DNA of 64,000 bases from an uncultured Gemmatimonadales bacterium. Lineage in GTDB: Bacteria; Gemmatimonadota; Gemmatimonadetes; Gemmatimonadales; GWC2-71-9. Below, piece by piece: positions 13,550 to 22,234 of the stretch (the stretch's first letter is position 1; every line of letters starts with the position of its first letter). The position numbers and the translations under genes were made by a program. The notes beneath the pieces are model-generated. The model did not search any database. It worked only from the letters and a program-made list of their open reading frames with translations, and had not been told where the DNA came from. The stretch covers positions 96,001-160,000 of the forward strand of contig CAWHFW010000001.1 in the NCBI GenBank assembly GCA_963828735.1. Reading direction: 5' to 3'.

Positions 13550-14504
13550 CGATGCCGGGCTTGTGGCCCTGGGGCGGCGGGTGGTGGAGCTCGAGGCCTC
13601 GGCCATCCGGAGCGTCGGCGCTCGCCTCGATGAGCGATTCGCCCGGGCGGTGCGGCTGCTGGCCGACGCGTCGGGACGCGTGATCGTCTCGGGCGTGGGA
13701 AAGTCGGGCCTCATCGCGCGGAAGCTCGCCGCCACGCTGACGTCCACCGGCACGGCAGCGACGTATCTCCATCCGGTGGACTCGCTCCACGGCGATCTGG
13801 GAATCGTCGGGCGGAGCGATGTCGCGATCGTGTTGAGCAAGAGCGGGGAGTCGGAGGAGCTGTTCGGGCTCGTGGGGTCGCTCCAGCGAATGGGGGTGCC
13901 CATCATCGCCATCACCGGGGCGATGGATTCCACGTTGGCGCGGGTCGCCGCCGTGACGCTCGACGGCGGCGTCGCCGAGGAGGCATGCCCGCACGTTCTC
14001 GCCCCGACCACCAGCACCACCGCGGCGCTCGCGCTCGGTGACGCGCTGGCCGTCACCTTGCTCGAGGTGAAGGGCTTTCGGCGGGAGGACTTCGCCGAGC
14101 TCCACCCGGGCGGCTCGCTCGGTCGAAAGCTGCTCCTCAGGGTGCGCGACGTGATGGTCCATCCCGGGCACGTGCTGTCGCCGGACGCGACGATGCGTCA
14201 TGCGGTCGTCAGCCTGGCGCACGATCGCGGACTGGCGCTGGTGGCGGAGCGAGGCCGGCTGGTCGGGGTGCTCACGACCGGCGATCTGACGCGGCTGGCC
14301 GAGCGCGACCCGGGCTTTCTCGATTGCCCGGTGCGCGAGGTCATGACCGGGACGCCCAAGACGGCGGGGCCCGAGGATCTCGCGGCCGCGGCCGTGGGCA
14401 CGATGGAGCGCCACGGGGTCATCGCGCTCCCGGTGCTCGATGATTCGGGCGCGGTAGTGGGCGCGGTGCACCTGCACGACCTGATGCGCGCGGGGGCGGT
14501 ATGA
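13539..14504 (+). CDS. kdsD: Arabinose-5-phosphate isomerase (KpsF/GutQ; SIS + CBS domains)
   Basis: GVGKSGLIARK, HGDLG, APTTSTT, HPGGSLG, C-terminal CBS pair. Confidence 0.95.
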   Translation: MPFDDAGLVALGRRVVELEASAIRSVGARLDERFARAVRLLADASGRVIVSGVGKSGLIARKLAATLTSTGTAATYLHPVDSLHGDLGIVGRSDVAIVLSKSGESEELFGLVGSLQRMGVPIIAITGAMDSTLARVAAVTLDGGVAEEACPHVLAPTTSTTAALALGDALAVTLLEVKGFRREDFAELHPGGSLGRKLLLRVRDVMVHPGHVLSPDATMRHAVVSLAHDRGLALVAERGRLVGVLTTGDLTRLAERDPGFLDCPVREVMTGTPKTAGPEDLAAAAVGTMERHGVIALPVLDDSGAVVGAVHLHDLMRAGAV

Positions 14505-15106
14505 GCGAGCGGAAGGCCCGACGCGGCCATGCCGGCGAATGGGGGCGAAGCGCCGCGCTCTCCGTCCTTGGCGTCGTCGCCGTCTGCTCGGTTCTCTCAT
14601 GCGAGGACCCGGGCGCCCGGCCGACGACGACCGTGCAGGCCACCGACAGCGCCGATCAAGTGCTCGAGGGATTCTCGCACTGGATCACGAAGGACGGCAT
14701 TCGGCGAAGTGAGGTGCAGGCCGACACGGCGTTCTTCTACGAGAACACCCAGGTGACGCAGCTCAAGAACGTGCGGGTGGTGTTCTACGACATCGACGGC
14801 AAGGAAAGCTCCACCCTGACCTCCAAGACCGGCACGTATCGCTGGCAGGACGGCTCCATGCAGGCCAACGGCACGGTGGTGGTGATCTCGCCGGACGGGC
14901 GCAAGCTCCAGACCGACACGCTCAAGTACGACAACGCGACGAACACGATCTCGACCGATACGCATTTCGTCATGGACCGGGGGACGGATCACCTGGAGGG
15001 CGACAGCTTCCGCTCCGACCCGGACTTCCGGAACGTCGTCACCAACAAGCCGGTCGGCAGGGCGGGCGATGGTGTGCTGCTGCCGGGGCAGGACCACTCG
15101 CCGTGA
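14501..15106 (+). CDS. lptC: LPS export periplasmic protein LptC
   Basis: Canonical position after kdsD/kdsC; N-terminal anchor and beta-jellyroll-like sequence. Confidence 0.8.
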   Translation: MSERKARRGHAGEWGRSAALSVLGVVAVCSVLSCEDPGARPTTTVQATDSADQVLEGFSHWITKDGIRRSEVQADTAFFYENTQVTQLKNVRVVFYDIDGKESSTLTSKTGTYRWQDGSMQANGTVVVISPDGRKLQTDTLKYDNATNTISTDTHFVMDRGTDHLEGDSFRSDPDFRNVVTNKPVGRAGDGVLLPGQDHSP

Positions 15107-16551
15107 GCTCGTTTCGCCGGGTCCGGTTCGGCTGGCGAGCGCCGGGGGCGGCGCTGGCGATGATCGTCTGGCTCCTGCCGAGCCGGGCCGGCGCCCAGGT
15201 GCCGACGCCCAAGCCGCCGGCGGGTAAGCCGCCCGCGGCCCCCGCCGCACCGAAGCCGTCGCCCAGCGCGCCGAAGCCCGCCACGCCCGCGTCGCAGCGG
15301 TGCGTCTTTCAGGTCGACAACGTCGACCGCCAGGGCGCCGTCAACGAGACGCCGACGGGGACGAATTACTTCGCCGGCGGCAATGTCCGGCTGAGCTGTC
15401 GCGGCACGCGGATCACGATGCAGAGCGACAGCGTCGCCGCCTACGCCGGCAACGTCGTGCAGTTCATCGGCAACGTGCACTACCGCGACTCCACGCTCAC
15501 CATGGATGCCGACTTCGGCACGTATTACAAAAGCGGCGAGCGGTGGGAAGCGCGCGGACACGTGAACACCAAGAACCTCCGGACCGGCTCGACACTCACC
15601 GGTCCTTCGCTCGACTACTATCGGGTGGTGAAGGGAGTGCGGGATACGCTCGAGATGTACGCCGTGGGCCGGCCCAAGATCAACTACGTCGAGGCCGACA
15701 GCGTGGGCGGGAGCAAGCTGGAGCCGTACGTGATCGTGGCCGACCGGGTCCGCTTCAAGGGCAACGACCGGATCTGGGCCGGCGGCAAGGCGACAATCGA
15801 CCGGAGCGACTTCGCCGCGCGGAGCGACTCGATGCGCCTGGACACGGGGAAGGGAAGCGACGGCACGCTGATCGGCGGGGAGCCCATCCTGCGCGGGATC
15901 AGTGCCGACAGCTTCCGGCTCATGGGCAAGCGGATCGATCTGGCGCTGCAGCAGCGCGAGCTGAGCAAGGTGTCGGCCAAGGGGCAGGGCCACGCGGTGA
16001 ACCGCGACTGGGACCTCACGGCCGACACCATCGCCATCGACCTCAAGGCGCGGAAGATCGAGCGAACGCTGGCCTGGGGCGCCACCACCCGGCCGTACGC
16101 GGTGTCCATCGCCTACGCGATGCGCGCCGATTCCCTCGCGCTCGACTCGCCCGGCCAGCTGCTGCGGCAGGTGCGCGGCTATCGCAAGGCCTGGCTTGGC
16201 GGCACGGTGGACTCGGCCACGAAGGATCGCGACTGGATGCGAGGGGACACGGTCATCGCCAGCTTCACGCCGTCCGATTCCGCGGGTAAGAAGCGGGCCG
16301 TGCTCAGCCGGATCGAGGCGCGGGCGGCCGCGCAGTCCTATCACCTGGACCGGAACGCGAAAGCGCCGCACCGTCCGTCGATCAACTACGCCCGCGGCGA
16401 TGCGATCGTCGTGACGATGAAGAACACGCCGGAGGGCGGGGTCGACCGCGTGGACATTCGGGGCAAGGTGGACGGCATCCAGCTCGAGGCGGCGGTGGAC
16501 ACGACCGCGACGGCGGCGGACAGCACGAAGCGCCCGAAAGGTGGACGATGA
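15103..16551 (+). CDS. Large LptA/OstA-like periplasmic beta-jellyroll protein
   Basis: Between lptC and lptB; signal peptide, Pro/Lys/Ala linker, repeated 'ADS/ADT/GDT' OstA-type strands. Confidence 0.7.
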   Translation: MSSFRRVRFGWRAPGAALAMIVWLLPSRAGAQVPTPKPPAGKPPAAPAAPKPSPSAPKPATPASQRCVFQVDNVDRQGAVNETPTGTNYFAGGNVRLSCRGTRITMQSDSVAAYAGNVVQFIGNVHYRDSTLTMDADFGTYYKSGERWEARGHVNTKNLRTGSTLTGPSLDYYRVVKGVRDTLEMYAVGRPKINYVEADSVGGSKLEPYVIVADRVRFKGNDRIWAGGKATIDRSDFAARSDSMRLDTGKGSDGTLIGGEPILRGISADSFRLMGKRIDLALQQRELSKVSAKGQGHAVNRDWDLTADTIAIDLKARKIERTLAWGATTRPYAVSIAYAMRADSLALDSPGQLLRQVRGYRKAWLGGTVDSATKDRDWMRGDTVIASFTPSDSAGKKRAVLSRIEARAAAQSYHLDRNAKAPHRPSINYARGDAIVVTMKNTPEGGVDRVDIRGKVDGIQLEAAVDTTATAADSTKRPKGGR

Positions 16552-17711
16552 GCGCGCCCGAGTGGGTCGCCGCGCTCGGGGACCGGGACCCGTCGGTGGC
16601 CATCGCGCTGGCGGCCATCACCCGGGCGGCCGGCCCGAACGACGTCGCGGGGTTCGGCGACCTCGTCATGAGCTATCGCGAGGCGCACCTCGCCTGCTAC
16701 CAGGGGACCGCGAACCCGCCGGCGCAGGAGATCAGCGGCGACGCGGTGCGCGACCACCTCCGGAAATCGGTCCTGCCCCGGCTCAGCGTCGAAGGCTGGC
16801 TGCTCGACACGTCGGCCAGTGACTGGGAGCCCGTGCAGCCGCGCGTGGCCTGGTGGGGCGTCGGCGGGGAGGACCGCCAGGCCATCTACGGCGCGCTGCT
16901 CGCAGCCGCGCGTCGCGCCGCGCAGCGCTCCAAGCCGCAGGCGCCACAGCGCGCCTCGACGAGCGTGCTCGAGGGCACGCGCCTGGTGAAGACCTTCAAG
17001 GATCGCCGGGTCGTCAACGAGGTGAGCGTCAAGGTGGAGCAGGGGGAGATCGTGGGCCTCCTGGGGCCCAACGGGGCGGGAAAGACCACGACCTTCTACC
17101 TTATAACGGGGTTGATCCGGCCCGACTCGGGCCAGGTGAAGCTCGACGGGCTCGATCTCACCCGTTCTCCGATGTACGAGCGGGCGCGCTCGGGCATCGG
17201 ATATCTGGCGCAGGAACCGTCGATCTTTCGAAAAATGACGGTCGAGGAAAATATTCTCGCGATCCTCGAGACGCGCCGGTTGGGACGGGACGAGCGTCAG
17301 CGCCAGCTGGACCGCATGCTCGACGAGCTGTCCATCAAGCACCTGCGGCGGAGCCGGGCGTACAGCCTGAGCGGCGGCGAGCGCCGTCGGCTCGAGATCA
17401 CCAGGGCCCTCGTCACCGAGCCCAAGTTCATGCTGCTCGACGAGCCCTTCGCGGGCGTCGATCCGATCGCGGTGCACGACATCCAGACCATCGTCGCCGG
17501 ACTCCGCCATCGGGGCATCGGCGTCCTGATCACTGACCACAACGTCGAGCAAACGCTCGACATCGTCGACCGGGCATACATCATGTTCGAAGGAAAAGTG
17601 CAGGCCGCCGGGAAGGTGAGTGACCTCGTGTACGATGACCGGGTGGCGCAGCTCTATCTGGGCCCCACCCTCACCGCGCGTCTGCGCGCCCGCCTGGAGT
17701 CGGTGGCATGA
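16548..17711 (+). CDS. lptB: LPS export ABC ATPase with ~135 aa N-terminal extension
   Basis: GPNGAGKTTTFY, YLAQEPSIFRK, LSGGERRRLEI, DEPFAGVDPIAV, ITDHNV, YLG; ATGA overlap with upstream gene. Confidence 0.95.
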   Translation: MSAPEWVAALGDRDPSVAIALAAITRAAGPNDVAGFGDLVMSYREAHLACYQGTANPPAQEISGDAVRDHLRKSVLPRLSVEGWLLDTSASDWEPVQPRVAWWGVGGEDRQAIYGALLAAARRAAQRSKPQAPQRASTSVLEGTRLVKTFKDRRVVNEVSVKVEQGEIVGLLGPNGAGKTTTFYLITGLIRPDSGQVKLDGLDLTRSPMYERARSGIGYLAQEPSIFRKMTVEENILAILETRRLGRDERQRQLDRMLDELSIKHLRRSRAYSLSGGERRRLEITRALVTEPKFMLLDEPFAGVDPIAVHDIQTIVAGLRHRGIGVLITDHNVEQTLDIVDRAYIMFEGKVQAAGKVSDLVYDDRVAQLYLGPTLTARLRARLESVA

Positions 17712-19207
17712 GAACAGGTCTCTCCCAGCATACCAGCATGCGCCAGGAGCTGCGGGTCAATCCGCGGCTCTACCAGGCCATGGACATGCTCTACATGCCC
17801 ATGATGGATCTGCAGCAGCACCTGAAGCAGGAGCTGCTGGCCAACCCGTTTCTGGAGCTGCTGGAGCCGGAAGACGAAGCCCCCGAGCAGAAGGACGCCG
17901 AGCAGGAGAAGGAGCAGAAGGAGAAGGAAGAGGAGATGGATTGGGAGGAGATCCTGCTCAACGGTTTCGAGGTGGGAGGGACGCGCGAGCAGTACGAGCA
18001 GCTCGAGTACACCGAGCCGGTCACCGTCGAGACCAAGGACCTGATCGACTACCTGCGTGAGCAGCTTCAGATGATGACCCTGACGCCGCGACAGCTGCTG
18101 CTCGCGGAGGAGTTCCTGGGCAACATCAACGAGGAAGGCTACCTCGCCGCGTCGCTCGAAGAGATCCTGGGCAGCGTCAACCAGCTCGTGGCGGGCCACG
18201 TCGCGACCGAGGCAGCCGAGGACGATGCCGAGGCCTCGGAGCCCGAGCCCGAGTCCGCGACGGGGCCGGATGCCTCCGCGGCCTACTACACGATGGCCGA
18301 GGCCGAGGAGATGCTGGCCGTCATCCAGCGGCTCGATCCCCCGGGCATCGGGGCGCGGGACCTGCGGGAGTGCCTGTTGATTCAGCTCGGCGAGCAGGCG
18401 GACACCGAGTCGCTCACCTACCGGCTGGTGCACGACGCGTTCCCGGACCTCATCGCCCACCGGTGGAACGATCTCGCCAAGCGGTTCGGCGTCGAGCCCG
18501 CGGCGGTCCAGTCGGCCGCGGACGAGCTGGCCCGCCTGGACCCCAAGCCCGGGCTCAAGCACGCGAGCCAGAGCGACGGCTACATCATCCCGGATCTCAT
18601 CGTCGAGAAGATCGGCGGCCGCTACCAGGTGTTCCTCAACGACACCGGCATGCCGCGGCTCCGGCTGAGCCGCTCGTATCAGGAGATCGCGCGCGACAAG
18701 AAGAAGATGACGCCGGAGAACCGCGAGTTCATCGCGTCCAAGATGAACAGCGCGAACTGGATGATTCAGGCGATCGAGCAGCGCCGCCAGACGATGCTGA
18801 AGGTCATGAACTTCATCGTGGACCGCCAGCGGGAGTTCTTCGAGAAAGGCATCGAGTTCCTCCGCCCGCTCACGCTGCGGGAGGTGGCGGAGGTGATCAA
18901 CATGCACGAATCCACGGTCAGCCGGGTGACCAACGAGAAGTACGTGCAGACGCCGCGGGGCGTGCTGCCCCTCAAGTTCTTCTTCTCGAGCGCGCTGGCC
19001 ACCGCTTCCGGCGAGGACGCGAGCGCGCGCTCCATCCGGGCCAAGCTGCAGAAGATGGTCGGCGAGGAGGACAGCGGGAAACCGCTCACGGATCAGCAGA
19101 TCGTGCACCTGTTCCAGGAACAGGGAATCCAGATCGCCCGGCGCACGGTCGCCAAGTACCGAGATCAGCTCGGGATCCTGCCGGCGCGGATGCGGAAGCG
19201 GGTATGA
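17708..19207 (+). CDS. rpoN: RNA polymerase sigma-54 factor
   Basis: PLTLREVA, MHESTVSRV, RpoN box ARRTVAKYR. Confidence 0.98.
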   Translation: MRTGLSQHTSMRQELRVNPRLYQAMDMLYMPMMDLQQHLKQELLANPFLELLEPEDEAPEQKDAEQEKEQKEKEEEMDWEEILLNGFEVGGTREQYEQLEYTEPVTVETKDLIDYLREQLQMMTLTPRQLLLAEEFLGNINEEGYLAASLEEILGSVNQLVAGHVATEAAEDDAEASEPEPESATGPDASAAYYTMAEAEEMLAVIQRLDPPGIGARDLRECLLIQLGEQADTESLTYRLVHDAFPDLIAHRWNDLAKRFGVEPAAVQSAADELARLDPKPGLKHASQSDGYIIPDLIVEKIGGRYQVFLNDTGMPRLRLSRSYQEIARDKKKMTPENREFIASKMNSANWMIQAIEQRRQTMLKVMNFIVDRQREFFEKGIEFLRPLTLREVAEVINMHESTVSRVTNEKYVQTPRGVLPLKFFFSSALATASGEDASARSIRAKLQKMVGEEDSGKPLTDQQIVHLFQEQGIQIARRTVAKYRDQLGILPARMRKRV

Positions 19208-20160
19208 CCCTTTCCGCCGCCGAGACGGTGGACGTCAGCGTCCTCGTTCCGGCGAAGGACGAGGCGGCCAACCTTCCGGAGTTCCTCCGGCTCTGCGCGG
19301 AGGCGTTGGGCCCGGCCGGCTTCTCGTTCGAGGTCGTCGTCGTGAACGACGGGTCGCGCGACGACAGCGCCAAGGTGCTGCGGGACCTCGAGCGCGCGCA
19401 CCCGTTTCTCCGTGTGGTCACCCATCGCCGGCAGCGCGGCATCGCCGACGCGCTCCGGTCCGCCGGCGACGTCGCCCGCGGCGACGTCTACGTCTTCTAC
19501 CCCGCCGACCTGCAATACCTTCCCGAGGACATCCCGCGGCTCGTGGCGCCGATCCTGACGGGTCGGGCCGACATCGTCACCGGCACCAAGCAGGGGAAGT
19601 ACGAGAAGGCGTTCGTCAGCTCGGTCTACAACACTCTCTGCCGCTGGCTGTTCGGCATTCGCGTGACCGACCTCAATTCCGTGAAGGCGTACCGCCGCGA
19701 GGTCATGGACGGCATCTCCCTCCGCCCCGACTGGCACCGGTACATGGTCGTGATCGCGGCGGCGGACGGGTTCCGGCTCGACTCGCTCCCGGTTCCGCTC
19801 TACGCGCGACGCGCCGGCGAGTCGAAGTTCACCTGGCGCCGCATTCCGGTCGGCATCTTCGACCTGCTGAGCGTCTGGTTTCAGCTTCGCTTCGGTCGAA
19901 AGCCGATGCTGTTCTTCGGGATCGCGGGCGCCACGCTGTTCGTGATCGGCCTGATCGCCGGCATCGTCGCCCTGGTCCTCCGGTTCGGCTACGGCTTCGG
20001 CTTCCGGCCGCTGCTCAACCTGGTCGAGACGATGGTCATCTGCGGTATCGTCTTGTTCGGGTTCGGCCTGCTCGGTGAGATGGTCGCAAGTCTGCAGGAA
20101 GAGACGCGGGCGGTCGCTCGCGCGCTCGATCGACTGGACAAGCCCGATTTGCGGGACTGA
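19204..20160 (+). CDS. GT2 glycosyltransferase (GtrB/ArnC-like) with C-terminal TMs
   Basis: VSVLVPAKDE, VNDGSRD, PADLQY, two C-terminal TM helices. Confidence 0.88.
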   Translation: MTLSAAETVDVSVLVPAKDEAANLPEFLRLCAEALGPAGFSFEVVVVNDGSRDDSAKVLRDLERAHPFLRVVTHRRQRGIADALRSAGDVARGDVYVFYPADLQYLPEDIPRLVAPILTGRADIVTGTKQGKYEKAFVSSVYNTLCRWLFGIRVTDLNSVKAYRREVMDGISLRPDWHRYMVVIAAADGFRLDSLPVPLYARRAGESKFTWRRIPVGIFDLLSVWFQLRFGRKPMLFFGIAGATLFVIGLIAGIVALVLRFGYGFGFRPLLNLVETMVICGIVLFGFGLLGEMVASLQEETRAVARALDRLDKPDLRD

Positions 20161-20163
20161 CGC

Positions 20164-21306
20164 GTGCGGGTCGTATTCCTGACCCACAACTATCCCCGGT
20201 GGCCCGGGGATCTTTCCGGTGCCTTCCTCGCCACGCTCGCCACGGCGCTCGCGCGCCGCGGCGTGGAAGTGCGGGTCCTCGCTCCGAGCGACGAAGGGCA
20301 GGGGGGCGAGGAGGAGCGCGACGGCGTGTACGTGCGTCGGGTCCGCTACGCGTCCCGCCGCCTCGAGACCCTCGCCTACCGTGGGACGATGGCCGGCGCC
20401 CTCCGGGCGCCGGGCGGATGGCGAGCGCTGGCCGGTCTCTGGCGGGCGCTTCGCCGGGCGGCGAAGGACGAGATGGCCGGTGGCGCCGATCTGGTCCATG
20501 CGCACTGGTGGATTCCCGCGGGGCTGGCGGCACCCACGAACGCGCCGCTGGTGGTCACCGTCCACGGAACCGACGCGGCGCTCCTTCGCGGGTCCCGCCT
20601 GGCGCGCCGCCTCGCTCGGCCCGTGTTCCATCGCGCGCGCGTCGTGACGGCGGTGTCTCGTGAGCTCGCGGGCTGGGTCCAGACGGCGACGGGTCGGCAC
20701 ATCCCGCCAGCGCACGTCCATCCGATGCCGGTGGACAGCAGGTCCTGGCCCTGGACGGCCGGGGGCGGCGGCTCGGTCGTCGTTGCGCGGCTCACCCCCC
20801 AGAAGCGCATCAACCTGGCGATCGAGACGACGGCCTTCCTCGCGTCGTGCGGGCACGACCTGCCGCTCACGATCGTCGGCGACGGGCCCGAGCGCGAGCG
20901 CCTCGAGCGTCAGGTCGAGCGGCTCGGCATCACCGCGTTCGTGCGCTTCGTCGGCGCCGTGCCGCCGTCCGAGGTGACGGGTCATCTCGCCCGCGCCGAT
21001 CTCATGCTCTTTCCCGCCCAAGGGGAAGGCTTCGGCCTGGCCGCGGCGGAAGCGCTGATGGTCGGCGTGCCGGTCGTCGCGTGCTGGGACGGCGGCGGAC
21101 TGCTCGATGTCGTGCCGGAAACGGGCGCCGGCCGGCTGACGCTGCCGTCGGCCGAGGCGCTGAGCGACGCGACCCTGGACCTGCTGCAGGACGGCGATCG
21201 CCTGGCGCTCGCCAGGCTCGTGGGCGAGTCATGGCGGGCAAAGCTGTCGCCGGAACACGTCGCGCAGCTGTGCGAGGGGTGGTATCGCGAGGCCCTCGGT
21301 GCATAG
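20164..21306 (+). CDS. GT4 (GT-B) glycosyltransferase
   Basis: [31 protein letters not shown] (EX7E). Confidence 0.9.
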   Translation: MRVVFLTHNYPRWPGDLSGAFLATLATALARRGVEVRVLAPSDEGQGGEEERDGVYVRRVRYASRRLETLAYRGTMAGALRAPGGWRALAGLWRALRRAAKDEMAGGADLVHAHWWIPAGLAAPTNAPLVVTVHGTDAALLRGSRLARRLARPVFHRARVVTAVSRELAGWVQTATGRHIPPAHVHPMPVDSRSWPWTAGGGGSVVVARLTPQKRINLAIETTAFLASCGHDLPLTIVGDGPERERLERQVERLGITAFVRFVGAVPPSEVTGHLARADLMLFPAQGEGFGLAAAEALMVGVPVVACWDGGGLLDVVPETGAGRLTLPSAEALSDATLDLLQDGDRLALARLVGESWRAKLSPEHVAQLCEGWYREALGA

Positions 21307-22234
21307 TTCAAGGGTCGGATGGCTGCGGGCGGCGCAGTGGGTGGCGGGCATCGGGATCATCGTCTTCGCCGCGCGCAGCCTGGCGCGCAATTGGGAGGCG
21401 CTGCGTTCGCAACCCCTCGACGTTCAGGTCGCGCCAGGGTGGCTGCTGCTGAGTGCGGTCGGGGTGTGGGCGATGTACGGGATCCTCGTCGTCGCCTGGC
21501 GCACGATGCTCGTCGGGTGGGGCCAGGACCTCGACGGGTGGAGCGCCGCCAGGATCTGGACGGTGTCGAGCCTGGGAAAGTACCTGCCGGGCAAGGTGTG
21601 GGCCGTCGCGGGTATGGCGCTGATGGCGCAGCGGGTCGGCGTCGCACCGTGGGCCGCGACCGGCTCCGCCGTGGTGCTGCAGGTGCTGGCCATCGGTACC
21701 GGTGCGGCCGTGGTAGGACTCACCGGCCGGCGCGCCATCGAGGCGGCACATCCCGGGTCGCAGCTCGCGCTCGTGCTGTTGGGGGTCGGCGCCGCCGCCG
21801 GCGTCGCGCTGCTGCTCTGGCCGCCAGTGCTTCGTCGGCTCCTGCATCTCGCCGCGCCCGATGCCGAGACCCGGGGGGCGCCGCCCGCCGGCGGGATCGT
21901 ATTCGGGATCGTCGCCAATGCGGTCGCGTGGGTTGGCTATGGGCTCGCGCTGTGGTGCCTGGCCCGCGGGCTGCTGCCGGGCGCAGGCCTCCGGCCGACC
22001 CTGGCGATCGCGGTCTTCACGGCGTCGTACCTCGCGGGTTTTCTCGCGCTGTTCGCGCCAGGGGGCCTCGGGGTCCGAGAGGGTCTGTTCATCCTGATGT
22101 TGCAGGGTCCGCTCGGCATCGGCGCGGCGACCACGCTGGCGCTGGCCTCCCGCGTCCTGCTCACCGTAACCGAGTTCGGCGCCGCGGTGCCATTTCTTGT
22201 CTTGCCGCAGGGGAGAGCGCGTGTCGCACCCTGA
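21299..22234 (+). CDS. Lysylphosphatidylglycerol-synthase-TM / flippase-like membrane protein
   Basis: SSLGKYLPGKVW and APGGLGVRE motifs; about 8 TMs. Confidence 0.8.
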   Translation: MHSSRVGWLRAAQWVAGIGIIVFAARSLARNWEALRSQPLDVQVAPGWLLLSAVGVWAMYGILVVAWRTMLVGWGQDLDGWSAARIWTVSSLGKYLPGKVWAVAGMALMAQRVGVAPWAATGSAVVLQVLAIGTGAAVVGLTGRRAIEAAHPGSQLALVLLGVGAAAGVALLLWPPVLRRLLHLAAPDAETRGAPPAGGIVFGIVANAVAWVGYGLALWCLARGLLPGAGLRPTLAIAVFTASYLAGFLALFAPGGLGVREGLFILMLQGPLGIGAATTLALASRVLLTVTEFGAAVPFLVLPQGRARVAP

